DNA of 64,000 nt from an uncultured Ectothiorhodospiraceae bacterium (GCA_964401355.1 CAYNYJ010000004.1:2359-66358), one strand, 5' to 3'; positions 12,441 through 22,944 are shown, counted from the first letter of the stretch. Program-made: numbers and translations. Notes: a model not told the origin generated them from the sequence alone.

Positions 12441-13277
12441 TTAAAATTGGCTGCTAATGCTGATAGTAATGCCGATATTTCGTGTTTCACTTCGCGGCTC
12501 ATAAATAGTCGCTCCAACAGGCATTCCGTTAATGGTTAATGTTTCGTTCGGGCTACGACCAAAATCCCAAGACTCAAAATAAGGCTCAACAATTAGCTTG
12601 CTGTTTGCACGCAATTGATAATAGATAGGTAGAGACACACGACCACTGAGATTCACCCCAAGAGAAAGATCTGCACAATCATAGTTTAAAAGACAAATAT
12701 TCATTATTGGGTTAATGGGACGGGTAAACCTGCCATCTAGCCACACTGCCCATTTTTCCTTTCCTAATAACTGGACCCTCCCGCCTATAAATCCATAATA
12801 CCAATAATAGGTTTCGAACAAACCAAGCACAGCGTTAGTTGGTAATATGTCCCGCTGCCATTCTCGAAAACCCAGACCGAAATAGAGCGCAGAAGGCTTT
12901 ACCAACTGGATTACATCCAAGATTCCCAGCGAAACAGAAATGTCGACAATCTGTTCATTCGTTTTTGTTTTGTGCGGAGCGCCACTCTGAGTTTGACCCT
13001 TATAGACAACATTTCCTTTAAGATAGGTAAAAGAAACATTCAGGAAATATTGATCGGATTGCCATAAAAGTGCACCACTAATACCAGGTAACCAACCATC
13101 TTCACGATTTAACAATCTACCATCATCACTAAACTCTTTATAGCCAAAATCCTGTGAAGCAAGACCAATACTGGCATTTAGTGATCCTGCTTTATCCGCT
13201 GCAAAGACATTCGCTGCAAGTATTGACGCTAAAGAAAAGCTGATAATTATGGTGATTATTTGTGAATTTATTTTCAT
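12441..13277 (-). CDS. Hypothetical outer membrane beta-barrel protein (AT-rich)
   Basis: Signal peptide from MKINSQ (13277), aromatic-rich amphipathic strands, terminal Phe (ISSQF). Confidence 0.7.
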   Translation of the reverse strand: MKINSQIITIIISFSLASILAANVFAADKAGSLNASIGLASQDFGYKEFSDDGRLLNREDGWLPGISGALLWQSDQYFLNVSFTYLKGNVVYKGQTQSGAPHKTKTNEQIVDISVSLGILDVIQLVKPSALYFGLGFREWQRDILPTNAVLGLFETYYWYYGFIGGRVQLLGKEKWAVWLDGRFTRPINPIMNICLLNYDCADLSLGVNLSGRVSLPIYYQLRANSKLIVEPYFESWDFGRSPNETLTINGMPVGATIYEPRSETRNIGITISISSQF

Positions 13278-13309
13278 TATGCGATAAAAAATCAATTTCG
13301 CCTGGGCAT

Positions 13310-13342
13310 AAAAAAAGCGCGGGCGAAAACCCGCGCTTTTTA
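13310..13342. terminator. Bidirectional intrinsic terminator
   Basis: AAAAAAGCGCGGG-CGAAAA-CCCGCGCTTTTTT just downstream of the lipoprotein gene. Confidence 0.8.
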
Positions 13343-13357
13343 TTACAAAATTACTAA

Positions 13358-14326
13358 CTACCAAGTTCCAAGAATAGTATCAATTACACCATCGCTATTT
13401 CCGTAAGTAATCGTGTAAGCAATGCAACTATCAAATGTAATCGTCCCCCAAGTACCCCCCGACCCGGTAAAACTGATTTCACCGGAACCCGGATTCCCGC
13501 TCGAACAAAATGTTATTGCAACATTCGTCATTACAGAAACGTACCCATACGTTGGATGATAGATTCTAGCACTAACGAAATAGCCTGATAATGCATTACC
13601 GGTGACATCAACATCCTCAGTTTGATAGGTTAATCCATCGCTACCCACATAGTTTGATGTGGAGGTACACACTTCTTGATCCGTGCTAATGGTATAAACA
13701 CAAATTCCTGTGCCGTTTAATGTTTGCGTTTGACCATTATAGTTCACCGTAAAATTTGTATAGGTAATGGTATAAACCTTCTCCGTAGCACTAACCGTAT
13801 CATTGTAATGGATCGCCCCATTCAAAATGACTTGTCCAATACCAGAACCGTTATCGAAACAAAGATTATTAAATGTCGCTGTTACACTATCGACTGTCAA
13901 ATAATTATCCGGAAGTGTAATGCTTCCTCCACAAAACCAGGACTCACCAAAATCTGCATCGGCATTCAGTTGATCTGATGTTAATACTAAACCTGTCGGT
14001 AAATTACTATTTTGAGGCAAATCATTAAGGATTCGGCGCATAATTTCGCCAATTTGCCGTAACGATAAAGTGGCGAACGACCCATCAGTAATCACAACAC
14101 CGAATGGATTTTCTTCGGCAGCAACGCCCTGCAATAGCGTCTCCGTTGTCGCCACGCCAAAATTTTCAGCATTACCCACCGAAATAGCTGCTGGAGTTGT
14201 GACACCACTATATGGATTGATATTATCAGGGGTGGTAGTGCCTCCACCTCCACCTCCACAACCCACTAACATACCTACGGCAATCCCAATCAATCCACTA
14301 AATATTGTCCTCATACGCATTATCAC
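13358..14326 (-). CDS. Hypothetical Thr/Gly/Cys-rich lipoprotein (AT-rich)
   Basis: Lipobox LVG-C followed by a Gly7-Thr3 linker; six further Cys; G-rich RBS upstream. Confidence 0.75.
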   Translation of the reverse strand: MIMRMRTIFSGLIGIAVGMLVGCGGGGGGTTTPDNINPYSGVTTPAAISVGNAENFGVATTETLLQGVAAEENPFGVVITDGSFATLSLRQIGEIMRRILNDLPQNSNLPTGLVLTSDQLNADADFGESWFCGGSITLPDNYLTVDSVTATFNNLCFDNGSGIGQVILNGAIHYNDTVSATEKVYTITYTNFTVNYNGQTQTLNGTGICVYTISTDQEVCTSTSNYVGSDGLTYQTEDVDVTGNALSGYFVSARIYHPTYGYVSVMTNVAITFCSSGNPGSGEISFTGSGGTWGTITFDSCIAYTITYGNSDGVIDTILGTW

Positions 14327-14385
14327 TACCCCCCTTAGTTATTTAAAAACTCCAACGATCCTCTAATATGGCCCTACACAAACCC

Positions 14386-14571
14386 AGGGCACCTCTGATT
14401 TATTTTGGACGAAGTAGGCTGTGATCTAAAATGTTCAAATTCACCAACGGTAGGCGCTTTTAGGCGAAGCAAAAATCGCACGTAATAGCGAGCTATTACA
14501 AAGATTTGCAACGCAGAAGTTGGATATTTTAGACGTAAGATACGAGTTCAGGAATAGATCAGAGGTTCCCT
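14386..14571. mobile_element. MITE-like non-autonomous element (186 bp)
   Basis: 19-bp terminal IRs AGGGCACCTCTGATTTATT / AATAGATCAGAGGTTCCCT (2 mismatches); central palindrome GTAATAGC-GA-GCTATTAC; no ORF. Confidence 0.7.
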
Positions 14572-14651
14572 AACTTAACTCTCATCACTGTAAACAACGC
14601 CCTAAACCTAGGCACATTCCCCCCAAAACAGAAATCACCATGAGAATAACG

Positions 14652-15503
14652 CTACGCTACCATCGCACCCTTCATTTTTTTCATGGCATTGGCTTCCAGC
14701 TGACGTATGCGCTCGGCGGACACCCCGTATTTATCGGCCAAGGCATGCAAGGTCACCTTTTTCTCGGACAACCAGCGGCTTCTCAAGATATCCTGACTGC
14801 GTTCATCAAGATCACCCAGGGCATTGGCAAGCAGGGAATTGTTATGCGATTCCCAATTTTCTGCTTCCAACTGCGAAGCAGGCTCCATGCTCATGTCTTG
14901 CAGGTAACCTGCGGGCGCGGGCTTGAAGTCGCTATCATCATCGGTACCGTAGCCGTCGAAGGCGGTGTCCTGCCCGCTCATGCGCTCTTCCATCTGGCGC
15001 ACGGTGGCTTCGGGCACGTCCAGCGCTTTGGCGACGTGTTCAACTTCTGCCTGAGTAAACCAGCCGAGACGTTTTTTGTTTTTGCGCAGATTAAAAAACA
15101 ATTTGCGCTGGGCTTTAGTAGTGGCCAGTTTGACCACACGCCAGTTGCGCAAAATATATTCGTGGATTTCGGCGCGTATCCAATGCACGGCAAAAGAAAC
15201 CAGACGCACATTGTGACTGGTGTCGAAGCGTTTAACCGCCTTCATCAGCCCGATGTTGCCTTCCTGAATCAGATCCGCCTGCGCCAAACCGTAACCGCTG
15301 TAGCCTTTGGCAACGTGGATCACAAAACGCAGATGCGACATCACCAAACGGCGAGCTGCGTTAAGGTCGCCCTCATTTTGCAAGCGCTCGGCCAGGTCAC
15401 GTTCCTCTTCCACACTCAGCATAGACACCTGGGCCGCAGCCGAAATATAGGCCTCAAGGCTACCGGTGGGGACCGCAAGTTCCACAGTCAGGTTTTTGTT
15501 CAT
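14652..15503 (-). CDS. rpoH: RNA polymerase sigma factor RpoH (sigma-32)
   Basis: [18 protein letters not shown], RpoH box [14 protein letters not shown]; follows ftsX. Confidence 0.97.
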   Translation of the reverse strand: MNKNLTVELAVPTGSLEAYISAAAQVSMLSVEEERDLAERLQNEGDLNAARRLVMSHLRFVIHVAKGYSGYGLAQADLIQEGNIGLMKAVKRFDTSHNVRLVSFAVHWIRAEIHEYILRNWRVVKLATTKAQRKLFFNLRKNKKRLGWFTQAEVEHVAKALDVPEATVRQMEERMSGQDTAFDGYGTDDDSDFKPAPAGYLQDMSMEPASQLEAENWESHNNSLLANALGDLDERSQDILRSRWLSEKKVTLHALADKYGVSAERIRQLEANAMKKMKGAMVA

Positions 15504-15664
15504 GTTTTCTCCGTTCGTGCTCATACTGCTATTTTAGCAATCTCTGTTTAGCAATCCAAGGGTGTGAGTGCCAAATTAGATCAAAGTTCCCTAATATTGA
15601 ACCCTTCTCAACGACCAGACAGGATCCAAACTTTAGACCATATCTCGGCCAAAATCACCAAAAA

Positions 15665-16669
15665 TCAAGTCGGCTCAATCGCTTGCAGGTGTTTTCCGAC
15701 CGCCAACCAAGACCCCAGCAGGCCCAGAAACACGCCACTGCCCAACAATACCAACACCGTTTCCAGATCCAGGCCGCCCAGCGAAAACTGACTATTGTAG
15801 AGTAGCGACAATCGACTCACCGGATCAGCGAGCAAACCCAACAAAATACCCACCAGCAACCAGGCCATGACCGCACCCATCAGCCCATACCAAAAGCCGG
15901 TATACAGGAAAGGCCGACGAATAAAGGCATTGGTGGCGCCAATGAGCTTGGTGACCACGATTTCCTCGCGTCGATTGAGAATCGTCAGCCGGATCGTATT
16001 ACCCACCACCAGCAAAATCGCCATGCCCAGCAGGCCGCCCAGCAACATCACTCCGCGCTTGCCCAGCTCGATAATGCCGTTGAGACGCCGTACCCACTCC
16101 ATGTCCAGCTGCGCCAAATCCACCGACTGTAATTCTTGCACCCGACTCAGCAGTAACGCCATTTGTATGGGCTCCGCCGCCTCGGCAGTGGGACGTAATA
16201 CCAGTACGGCAGGCAGAGGATTTTCATCCAGCGAATCCAGCGCCCCGCCAAAACCGGACAACTCACGGAATTCCGCCAAGGCCTGTTCACGCGAGATATA
16301 ACGTACCTCTGCTACCCCCTCCCAGCCTCGAAGCTTTTTCGCCAGCGACTGAATGCGCTTTTCCGGCACACCCCGTTTGATAAACAATGACATCTGCGCG
16401 GTGCCTTCCCAGCCGGTGGATAGCTGTTGTGCGTTTTGCAACAACACGTGCAAACCCGCGGGCAGGGCTAAGGCAATACCGATCACCGCCGCCGTCATCA
16501 GCGTCGCCAGCGGGGCGCGCCACAGCGTGCCCAACGACGACACCAGCACCCACAGGTGATGGGTAAAGTAAGCGTTTACCTGGCCACGAGGCTTTTGTTT
16601 GCTGGAAACACCAACGTCAACAGAACGCTCAGGTCGCCGGGTCGCCCTTCTTTTATCGCGCAAGCTCAC
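15665..16669 (-). CDS. ftsX: Cell division permease FtsX
   Basis: GIALALP, ENPLPA, GNTIRL, LIGATNAFIRRPFLY. Confidence 0.95.
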   Translation of the reverse strand: MSLRDKRRATRRPERSVDVGVSSKQKPRGQVNAYFTHHLWVLVSSLGTLWRAPLATLMTAAVIGIALALPAGLHVLLQNAQQLSTGWEGTAQMSLFIKRGVPEKRIQSLAKKLRGWEGVAEVRYISREQALAEFRELSGFGGALDSLDENPLPAVLVLRPTAEAAEPIQMALLLSRVQELQSVDLAQLDMEWVRRLNGIIELGKRGVMLLGGLLGMAILLVVGNTIRLTILNRREEIVVTKLIGATNAFIRRPFLYTGFWYGLMGAVMAWLLVGILLGLLADPVSRLSLLYNSQFSLGGLDLETVLVLLGSGVFLGLLGSWLAVGKHLQAIEPT

Positions 16670-17376
16670 ACCCCGACACCCGCAGCCGCGACGGTTTCAC
16701 CCAGCAGATCCGCAGTGCGTCCATCCCGCTCCAGCTTGCCCTGTTTGAGGGTGAGCAGGCGATAATCCAGTCGTGAAATGAGGTCGTGGTCATGGGTGGC
16801 AATCAGCACCGCTACCCCCACCTGATTAAACTGCCCGAACAGGCCCATGATCTCCCGCGACAACTCCGGATCGAGATTGCCGGTAGGCTCATCGGCCAGC
16901 AGCAATGGCGGACGGTTCACCACCGCGCGGGCGATACCCACCCGCTGTTGTTCACCGCCGGACAACGTAATCGGCATCATCCGCTCCTTACCCAGCAGCC
17001 CAACTTTATCCAGCGCCGCGCGCACCCGTCGCCCCACCTCGCGCTGGTGATACCCAGCAATAATCAACGGCAGCGCCACATTGTCGTACACGGTGCGGTC
17101 GTAAAGCAGGTTGTGATTTTGGAACACCACACCGATCTTGCGGCGCAGCGCAGGGATGTGACGGTTTTTCAGCCGGGTGAGATTCTGCCTGTCGATAATC
17201 ACGTTGCCGCGCGAAGCACGTTCTATGCACGCAATCAGCTTCAACAGACTGCTCTTGCCTGCGCCAGAATGCCCGGTGAGAAAGGCCATTTCCCCCGGCT
17301 GCAGATGAAAACTCACGCCTGACAAGGCCTCGTGGCCGCCGGGGTAGCGTTTGGTGACGTTATCGAATTGGATCAT
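16666..17376 (-). CDS. ftsE: Cell division ATP-binding protein FtsE
   Basis: FLTGHSGAGKS, LSGGEQQRVGIARA. Confidence 0.96.
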   Translation of the reverse strand: MIQFDNVTKRYPGGHEALSGVSFHLQPGEMAFLTGHSGAGKSSLLKLIACIERASRGNVIIDRQNLTRLKNRHIPALRRKIGVVFQNHNLLYDRTVYDNVALPLIIAGYHQREVGRRVRAALDKVGLLGKERMMPITLSGGEQQRVGIARAVVNRPPLLLADEPTGNLDPELSREIMGLFGQFNQVGVAVLIATHDHDLISRLDYRLLTLKQGKLERDGRTADLLGETVAAAGVGV

Positions 17377-17462
17377 GGGGGGGCAGGGTAAAGGGGAAAG
17401 ATAAAAAGAGAGACGTTTTTTGCATTCGTTGCACCTTTGCGGCCTCTGCGTTAAACACCGGT

Positions 17463-18515
17463 CTACGAACCATCACGTGCAAGTAACGCTTCCACAAACT
17501 CATCGGCGTTAAACGGCCGCAGGTCGTCAATACCTTCGCCGACGCCGATAAACCGAATCGGCAGGCCGAGACGTTTGGCGACGGCGAAAATTACCCCGCC
17601 TTTGGCGGTGCCGTCGAGTTTGGTGAGAGTGATGCCAGACACGCCTACGGCATCGCGGAATTGTTCGGCCTGCACCACAGCGTTTTGGCCGATGCCGGCG
17701 TCCAGCACCAGCATCACTTCATGGGGAGCGGTGTCGTCGAGCTTGGTGATAACGCGACGCACCTTTTTGAGTTCTTCCATCAAATTCGCTTGAGTGTGCA
17801 GGCGACCAGCGGTGTCGGCGATGAGTACGTCCACGCCCTTGGACTTGGCAGATTGCACGGCGTCGAAGATCACCGAGGCAGAATCCGCGCCCGAGTGCTG
17901 AGCCACCACTGGCACCTCGTTGCGCTTGCCCCACTCCTGCAACTGCTCGACGGCGGCGGCGCGGAAGGTATCGCCCGCCGCCAACATCACCGATTTGCCT
18001 TCCAGTTGGAATTTCTTCGCCAACTTACCGATGGTAGTGGTTTTGCCCGCGCCGTTGATGCCCACCATCAAAATCACGAAGGGCGCGGCATTGCTGTCGA
18101 TTTCCAGCGGCTGAACCGACGGTGCCAGAATCGCCGTCATATCTTCGCGCAGCGCCGCGAACAGGGCGTCGGCATCGGCCAGTTGTTTGCGCTGAATACG
18201 ACCGGTGAGGTCGCTGACAATTTCCTGAGTGGCTTCCACGCCCACGTCACTGGTCAGCAGCAGGGTCTCGATCTCGTCCAGCACATCGTCGTCGATGGCC
18301 TTTTTGCCCAGCACCAGATCAGCCAGGCCATCAGTAATGCCGCTACGGGTACGACTGAGACCGGCCTTGAGGCGCGCGAACAGGCCCCGCTTTTTTTCAG
18401 GTCCATTCTGGGACTGCTCACTCGTACCAGACGGAGTCTCGGCTTGAGACAATGGCTCAATCGCAGGCTGAATATCATTTTTTACAGCGGACTTGTTTTT
18501 TTTGAAACCAAACAT
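17463..18515 (-). CDS. ftsY: Signal recognition particle receptor FtsY
   Basis: GINGAGKTTTIGK, DTFRAAA, DTAGR, TKLDGTAKGG. Confidence 0.97.
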   Translation of the reverse strand: MFGFKKNKSAVKNDIQPAIEPLSQAETPSGTSEQSQNGPEKKRGLFARLKAGLSRTRSGITDGLADLVLGKKAIDDDVLDEIETLLLTSDVGVEATQEIVSDLTGRIQRKQLADADALFAALREDMTAILAPSVQPLEIDSNAAPFVILMVGINGAGKTTTIGKLAKKFQLEGKSVMLAAGDTFRAAAVEQLQEWGKRNEVPVVAQHSGADSASVIFDAVQSAKSKGVDVLIADTAGRLHTQANLMEELKKVRRVITKLDDTAPHEVMLVLDAGIGQNAVVQAEQFRDAVGVSGITLTKLDGTAKGGVIFAVAKRLGLPIRFIGVGEGIDDLRPFNADEFVEALLARDGS

Positions 18516-18660
18516 GAATTTTTGCGGTCATAGCTGCTGGTAATTGGGTAGACTATCCTACCATTCGCGAACGTGAGCCGTCAGCCGTATTAATGGCGGA
18601 AAAAATATAGTGGCGGAAACCGTTCCTGAGCAAAAAATAATAATTAATCCGGATAATTTG

Positions 18661-18702
18661 TCATTCCGGCATTTATGCCCTGAGGGCGCAAGGCCAGAAT
18701 GA
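18661..18702. repeat. REP-like palindrome
   Basis: TCATTCCGGC...GCCAGAATGA with inner GCCC-TGA-GGGC, in the leader of the M16 gene. Confidence 0.4.
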
Positions 18703-18742
18703 TGAAAATGAATAATCCTGACTTCAAAAATTTGAGAGGCTT

Positions 18743-20200
18743 ATGAATCCTTTATTAATGATCTCCGCTGTAGCGCTCGCAACTGCGGCACTCACAGGCT
18801 GTGACACTGCTCCCAGTAAAGACAACAGCACGAATACCCCAGCCACACCCGCCAATTCCACAATGACTGTCGAAGCGGCGAAACAAGGCCACATCATCAG
18901 CGTCGGTGACGTGCACGAATACCGCCTCGCCAATGGCTTGAAAATCCTCATTAAAGAGGACCAGCGCGCGCCCATCGTGATATCACAAATCTGGTACAAA
19001 ACGGGCTCCAGCTACGAATCCAACGGCACCACTGGCGTCGCCCATGTGCTGGAGCACATGATGTTCAAGGGTACCGACAAACTCGGCCCCAACGAATTCT
19101 CGCGCATCATCTCTGCCAACGGCGGTCGTGAAAACGCCTTCACCGGACAGGACTACACCGCCTATTTCCAACAGCTGGAAAAGAGCCGTCTGCCCATCAG
19201 CTTCGAGCTTGAGGCCGACCGCATGGCCAATCTCAATCTGCGCGTTGAAGATTTCGCCAAAGAAGTCAACGTGGTGATGGAAGAACGTCGCATGCGCACC
19301 GATGACAAACCCCGCTCCCTCACCTACGAGCACTTTGCCGCCACCGCCTTCGTCAACAGCCCCTATCACCATCCCATCATCGGCTGGATGGACGACCTGG
19401 AAAACATGAACGTGGACGACATGCGCAACTGGTACAAAGACTGGTACGCACCCAACAACGCGATTTTGGTAGTGGCTGGCGATGTCGAACACCAAGCCGT
19501 GTTTGAACTGGCAAAGAAATTTTACGGGCCCGTCAAAGCTCGCCCGATTCCAACCCTGAAACCGCAAAAAGAATTTGAGCAAAAAGGTATTCGCCGCATC
19601 GTCGTCAAAGCTCCTGCACAGGTGCCGTACATGCTTATGGGCTACAAGGTACCCGTGGTGATGACCGCCGAAATCGAGTGGGAACCCTACGCACTGGAGA
19701 TGCTAGCCAGCGTATTGGATGCCGGTGAAAGCTCACGCTTCGCTAAACAACTAGTGCGCGGCATCCAAGTCGCCACCAGCGTGGGCGCCGGTTATGACCT
19801 CTATTCACGGTTAGATGACCTGTTTTTGTTTGACGGCACACCCGCCAAAGGCAAGACCGTGGAGGATCTTGAAAATGCCATCCGCGCACAAATAGCCACA
19901 CTCAAAACCGAACTTGTGAGCCAGGCCGAACTGGACCGCATCAAGGCGCAAGTCGTTGCTAGCAAGGTTTACGAAAAAGACTCGGTGTTTTATCAGGCCA
20001 TGCAAATTGGCACCCTGGCCACCGTGGGACTCGACTGGCAATTAATGGATAAATTTGTCGAACGTCTGCGCGCGGTCACACCAGAACAGGTACAGGCCGT
20101 CGCCCAAAAATATCTGATTGATGATCACTTGACCGTGGCTGTGCTGGATCCACAATCCACTCCCGTCGCTGCAAACGGAGGCCACCCCAATGCGTTGTAA
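18743..20200 (+). CDS. M16 family zinc peptidase, catalytic subunit (lipoprotein)
   Basis: HVLEH (HXXEH) motif, NAFT, EERRMR; lipobox ALTG-C. Confidence 0.9.
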   Translation: MNPLLMISAVALATAALTGCDTAPSKDNSTNTPATPANSTMTVEAAKQGHIISVGDVHEYRLANGLKILIKEDQRAPIVISQIWYKTGSSYESNGTTGVAHVLEHMMFKGTDKLGPNEFSRIISANGGRENAFTGQDYTAYFQQLEKSRLPISFELEADRMANLNLRVEDFAKEVNVVMEERRMRTDDKPRSLTYEHFAATAFVNSPYHHPIIGWMDDLENMNVDDMRNWYKDWYAPNNAILVVAGDVEHQAVFELAKKFYGPVKARPIPTLKPQKEFEQKGIRRIVVKAPAQVPYMLMGYKVPVVMTAEIEWEPYALEMLASVLDAGESSRFAKQLVRGIQVATSVGAGYDLYSRLDDLFLFDGTPAKGKTVEDLENAIRAQIATLKTELVSQAELDRIKAQVVASKVYEKDSVFYQAMQIGTLATVGLDWQLMDKFVERLRAVTPEQVQAVAQKYLIDDHLTVAVLDPQSTPVAANGGHPNAL

Positions 20201-21551
20201 TACCAAAAATAAATTTATCTTGAACTTGTTAATTAGCATCACGCTGTTTTGCACGGCATTGCTCAGCACCATCGTCAGCGCCGGGCCGGAAATCGAAGAC
20301 TGGCGCACTGCAAACGGGACGCGCGTCTATTTTGTGCCCGCGCCTGAATTACCCATCGTCGACATACGCATCATTTTTAATGCTGGCGCAGCACGCGATG
20401 GAGACAATCCCGGCGTGGCAATAATGACCAACGGTCTGCTGGCCGAAGGTGCAGGCGGATTAACGGCCGACCAACTGGCCGAACAGTTTGAATCCATCGG
20501 CGCACGATTTAGCAACAGTGCCCAACGCGACATGGCCACACTCAGTTTGCGCACACTGTCGGAAAAAAAGGTGTTTGATGCTGCGGTAAGCACACTTACC
20601 ACGATTCTTACGCAACCGGACTTTCCCAAAAAAGCCTTTGAACGTGAGCGCAGCCGCCTGCTGACAACCCTGAAACGCCACAAACAATCGCCAGGCGCGC
20701 AAGCCGATGAAGCTTTTTACAAAGCGATTTACGCCACGCACCCTTATCACGGCCAACCTACCGGCACCGAAACTGGCATCAACGGACTGACAACGACAAA
20801 ACTCAAAGACTATTACCAGAAATATTACGTGGGCAGCAATGCGGTACTGGCTATCGTCGGCGACCTGTCACGCACCGATGCGGAAAAGCTTGCAGAAACC
20901 TTAATGGGCAAGTTGCCAGAAGGTCAACCTGCGGACGACTTGCCAGCGGTCAAGGCTCTCACCAAAGGCAATGAAATCCGCATCAACCATTCCTCTGCAC
21001 AAACCCATATACTGGTCGGCCAGCCCGGCATGAAACGCGGCGACTCTGACTATTTCACGTTATACGTCGGCAACCATATGCTGGGCGGCAACGGCCTCAT
21101 CGCCCGTCTGGCCATCGAGATTCGTGAAAAACGTGGCCTCGCCTACAGCAGCTACAGTTATTTCCGGCCGATGCGTGAAAATGGCCCGTACACTTTTGGC
21201 CTACAAACCAAAAATGAAACTGCCGAAGAAGCACTGGCAGTGTTACGCGAGACCATCGCTAAATTCATCAAGGAAGGGCCCACCGCAGAAGAACTGGACG
21301 CCTCCAAGAAAAACATTACTGGTGGTTTTCCGCTGCGTATTTCCAGCAATAAAAAGATCATCGATTACATTGGCATGATCGGCTTTTACCAATTGCCCAT
21401 GGACTACCTCGACACCTTCAATGCACGGGTGCAGGCCGTCACTGTGGACGACATTAAAAAGGTTTTCCAAAAACGTATCCGTCTGGACAAGATGGTAACG
21501 GTAATGGTAGGCGGCAATATTGCTGACACTATTAACCCAGTTTCAAGATAG
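20190..21551 (+). CDS. M16 family peptidase, non-catalytic partner subunit
   Basis: Signal peptide, IREKRGLAYS motif, no HXXEH; overlaps the first subunit. Confidence 0.88.
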   Translation: MRCNTKNKFILNLLISITLFCTALLSTIVSAGPEIEDWRTANGTRVYFVPAPELPIVDIRIIFNAGAARDGDNPGVAIMTNGLLAEGAGGLTADQLAEQFESIGARFSNSAQRDMATLSLRTLSEKKVFDAAVSTLTTILTQPDFPKKAFERERSRLLTTLKRHKQSPGAQADEAFYKAIYATHPYHGQPTGTETGINGLTTTKLKDYYQKYYVGSNAVLAIVGDLSRTDAEKLAETLMGKLPEGQPADDLPAVKALTKGNEIRINHSSAQTHILVGQPGMKRGDSDYFTLYVGNHMLGGNGLIARLAIEIREKRGLAYSSYSYFRPMRENGPYTFGLQTKNETAEEALAVLRETIAKFIKEGPTAEELDASKKNITGGFPLRISSNKKIIDYIGMIGFYQLPMDYLDTFNARVQAVTVDDIKKVFQKRIRLDKMVTVMVGGNIADTINPVSR

Positions 21552-21743
21552 ATCATCCTGATCCATTTTGAATCGCCTGCAAAACACCGGCGCAAATATG
21601 CGAATCTGCTTGTGTTTTTCAGGCTCGCGTTGGCTATCGCCAACGGCGATGCGTCCCTGCACCACATTCTTTTATTGCAAGAATAATCCAACCTATAAAG
21701 CGTCCGGATTAATAACAATGATAAAAAATAGAGACTTGAACGC

Positions 21744-22199
21744 ATGACTCAAATTCAGTTACAAATTCTTGACCCTCGGGTTGGCACAGACATCGAACTG
21801 CCACATTATGCTACTGACGGTTCTGCTGGCATGGATCTGCGTGCCTGCATTGATGGCCCATTGGAAATCAAACCCGGTGAAACCCATTTAATCCCCACTG
21901 GCATCGCGATTCATATTGGCGACCCAAATCTGGCTGCAGTTTTATTGCCTCGTTCGGGCCTCGGCCACAAACACGGCATCGTGCTAGGCAACCTCACCGG
22001 ACTGATAGATTCAGATTACCAAGGGCAACTTTTTATCTCCTGCTGGAACCGGAGCGACAAAACCTTCACCGTCAATCTCGGTGAACGTATTGCCCAAATG
22101 GTATTTATACCGGTGGTGCAGGCCAGCTTCGAGATCGTCGATAGCTTTGATGAAAGCGATCGCGGCGAAGGCGGGTTTGGACACACCGGTCAACATTAA
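21744..22199 (+). CDS. dut: dUTP diphosphatase
   Basis: [36 protein letters not shown]. Confidence 0.97.
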   Translation: MTQIQLQILDPRVGTDIELPHYATDGSAGMDLRACIDGPLEIKPGETHLIPTGIAIHIGDPNLAAVLLPRSGLGHKHGIVLGNLTGLIDSDYQGQLFISCWNRSDKTFTVNLGERIAQMVFIPVVQASFEIVDSFDESDRGEGGFGHTGQH

Positions 22200-22257
22200 A
22201 TCCCGATGGAAATTGCGCCGCTTCAACATCATGAAGCGACGCAATTTAATGGGCGAC

Positions 22258-22944
22258 TTAAGTGCCCGCCCGTACGTGCAGACCACACTCTTTGGTTTCC
22301 GGGTTTTCCCACCACCAACGCCCCGCACGAATATCTTCACCATCTGCCACTGCGCGCGTGCAGGGTGCGCAACCAATGCTGGGATAACCCTGCTCATGCA
22401 ATTCATTAAAGGGCACATCGTAACGGCGAATGTAGGCCCACACCTCCTGCTCACTCCAATCCAGCAAGGGGTTAAATTTCGGCATCGAATGCGCCTCATC
22501 CCACTCCATGCGTTGAATATCTGTACGTGTCACCGACTGCTCCTTGCGCAACCCGGTAATCCAGGCTTCGCGTGTGGACAAGGCCTGTTTTAACGGCACC
22601 AGTTTGCGCATTGCGCAGCATTGTTTGCGTTGCTCCACACTGTCGTAAAAGGCATTGGGTCCTTGCGCCTGCACGTATTCCGCCAGCACTGCGCAATCCG
22701 GCGCGTACACTTGCACCACTGCCCCATAACGCTGATGCGTCCTTTGCATCAACTCATAGGTCTCAGCGGGCAACCGCCCGGTATCCAGAGTAAACACATC
22801 AATATTCGGCGCATGTCTGACGATGATATCCAGCAACACCATATCCTCCGCACTAAAACTGCTGGCCAAAGCCGCTGGCGCATAGTCTCGCTGAATATTC
22901 CCCAGCAATGAAACCACCGAATTTATTTTTTTATCCACCAACAT
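22258..22944 (-). CDS. cysH: APS/PAPS reductase ([4Fe-4S] APS-reductase type)
   Basis: LDTGRL, CCAMRK, SIGCAPCTR, RAGRWWWE, KECGLH. Confidence 0.93.
   Translation of the reverse strand: MLVDKKINSVVSLLGNIQRDYAPAALASSFSAEDMVLLDIIVRHAPNIDVFTLDTGRLPAETYELMQRTHQRYGAVVQVYAPDCAVLAEYVQAQGPNAFYDSVEQRKQCCAMRKLVPLKQALSTREAWITGLRKEQSVTRTDIQRMEWDEAHSMPKFNPLLDWSEQEVWAYIRRYDVPFNELHEQGYPSIGCAPCTRAVADGEDIRAGRWWWENPETKECGLHVRAGT

Noticed and set aside
14640-15551. 303-aa plus-strand ORF and similar long antisense ORFs (17661-18533, 24010-24846, 26178-27047, 53473-54384)
   Set aside because: Shadow ORFs opposite well-supported conserved genes; expected from codon bias.
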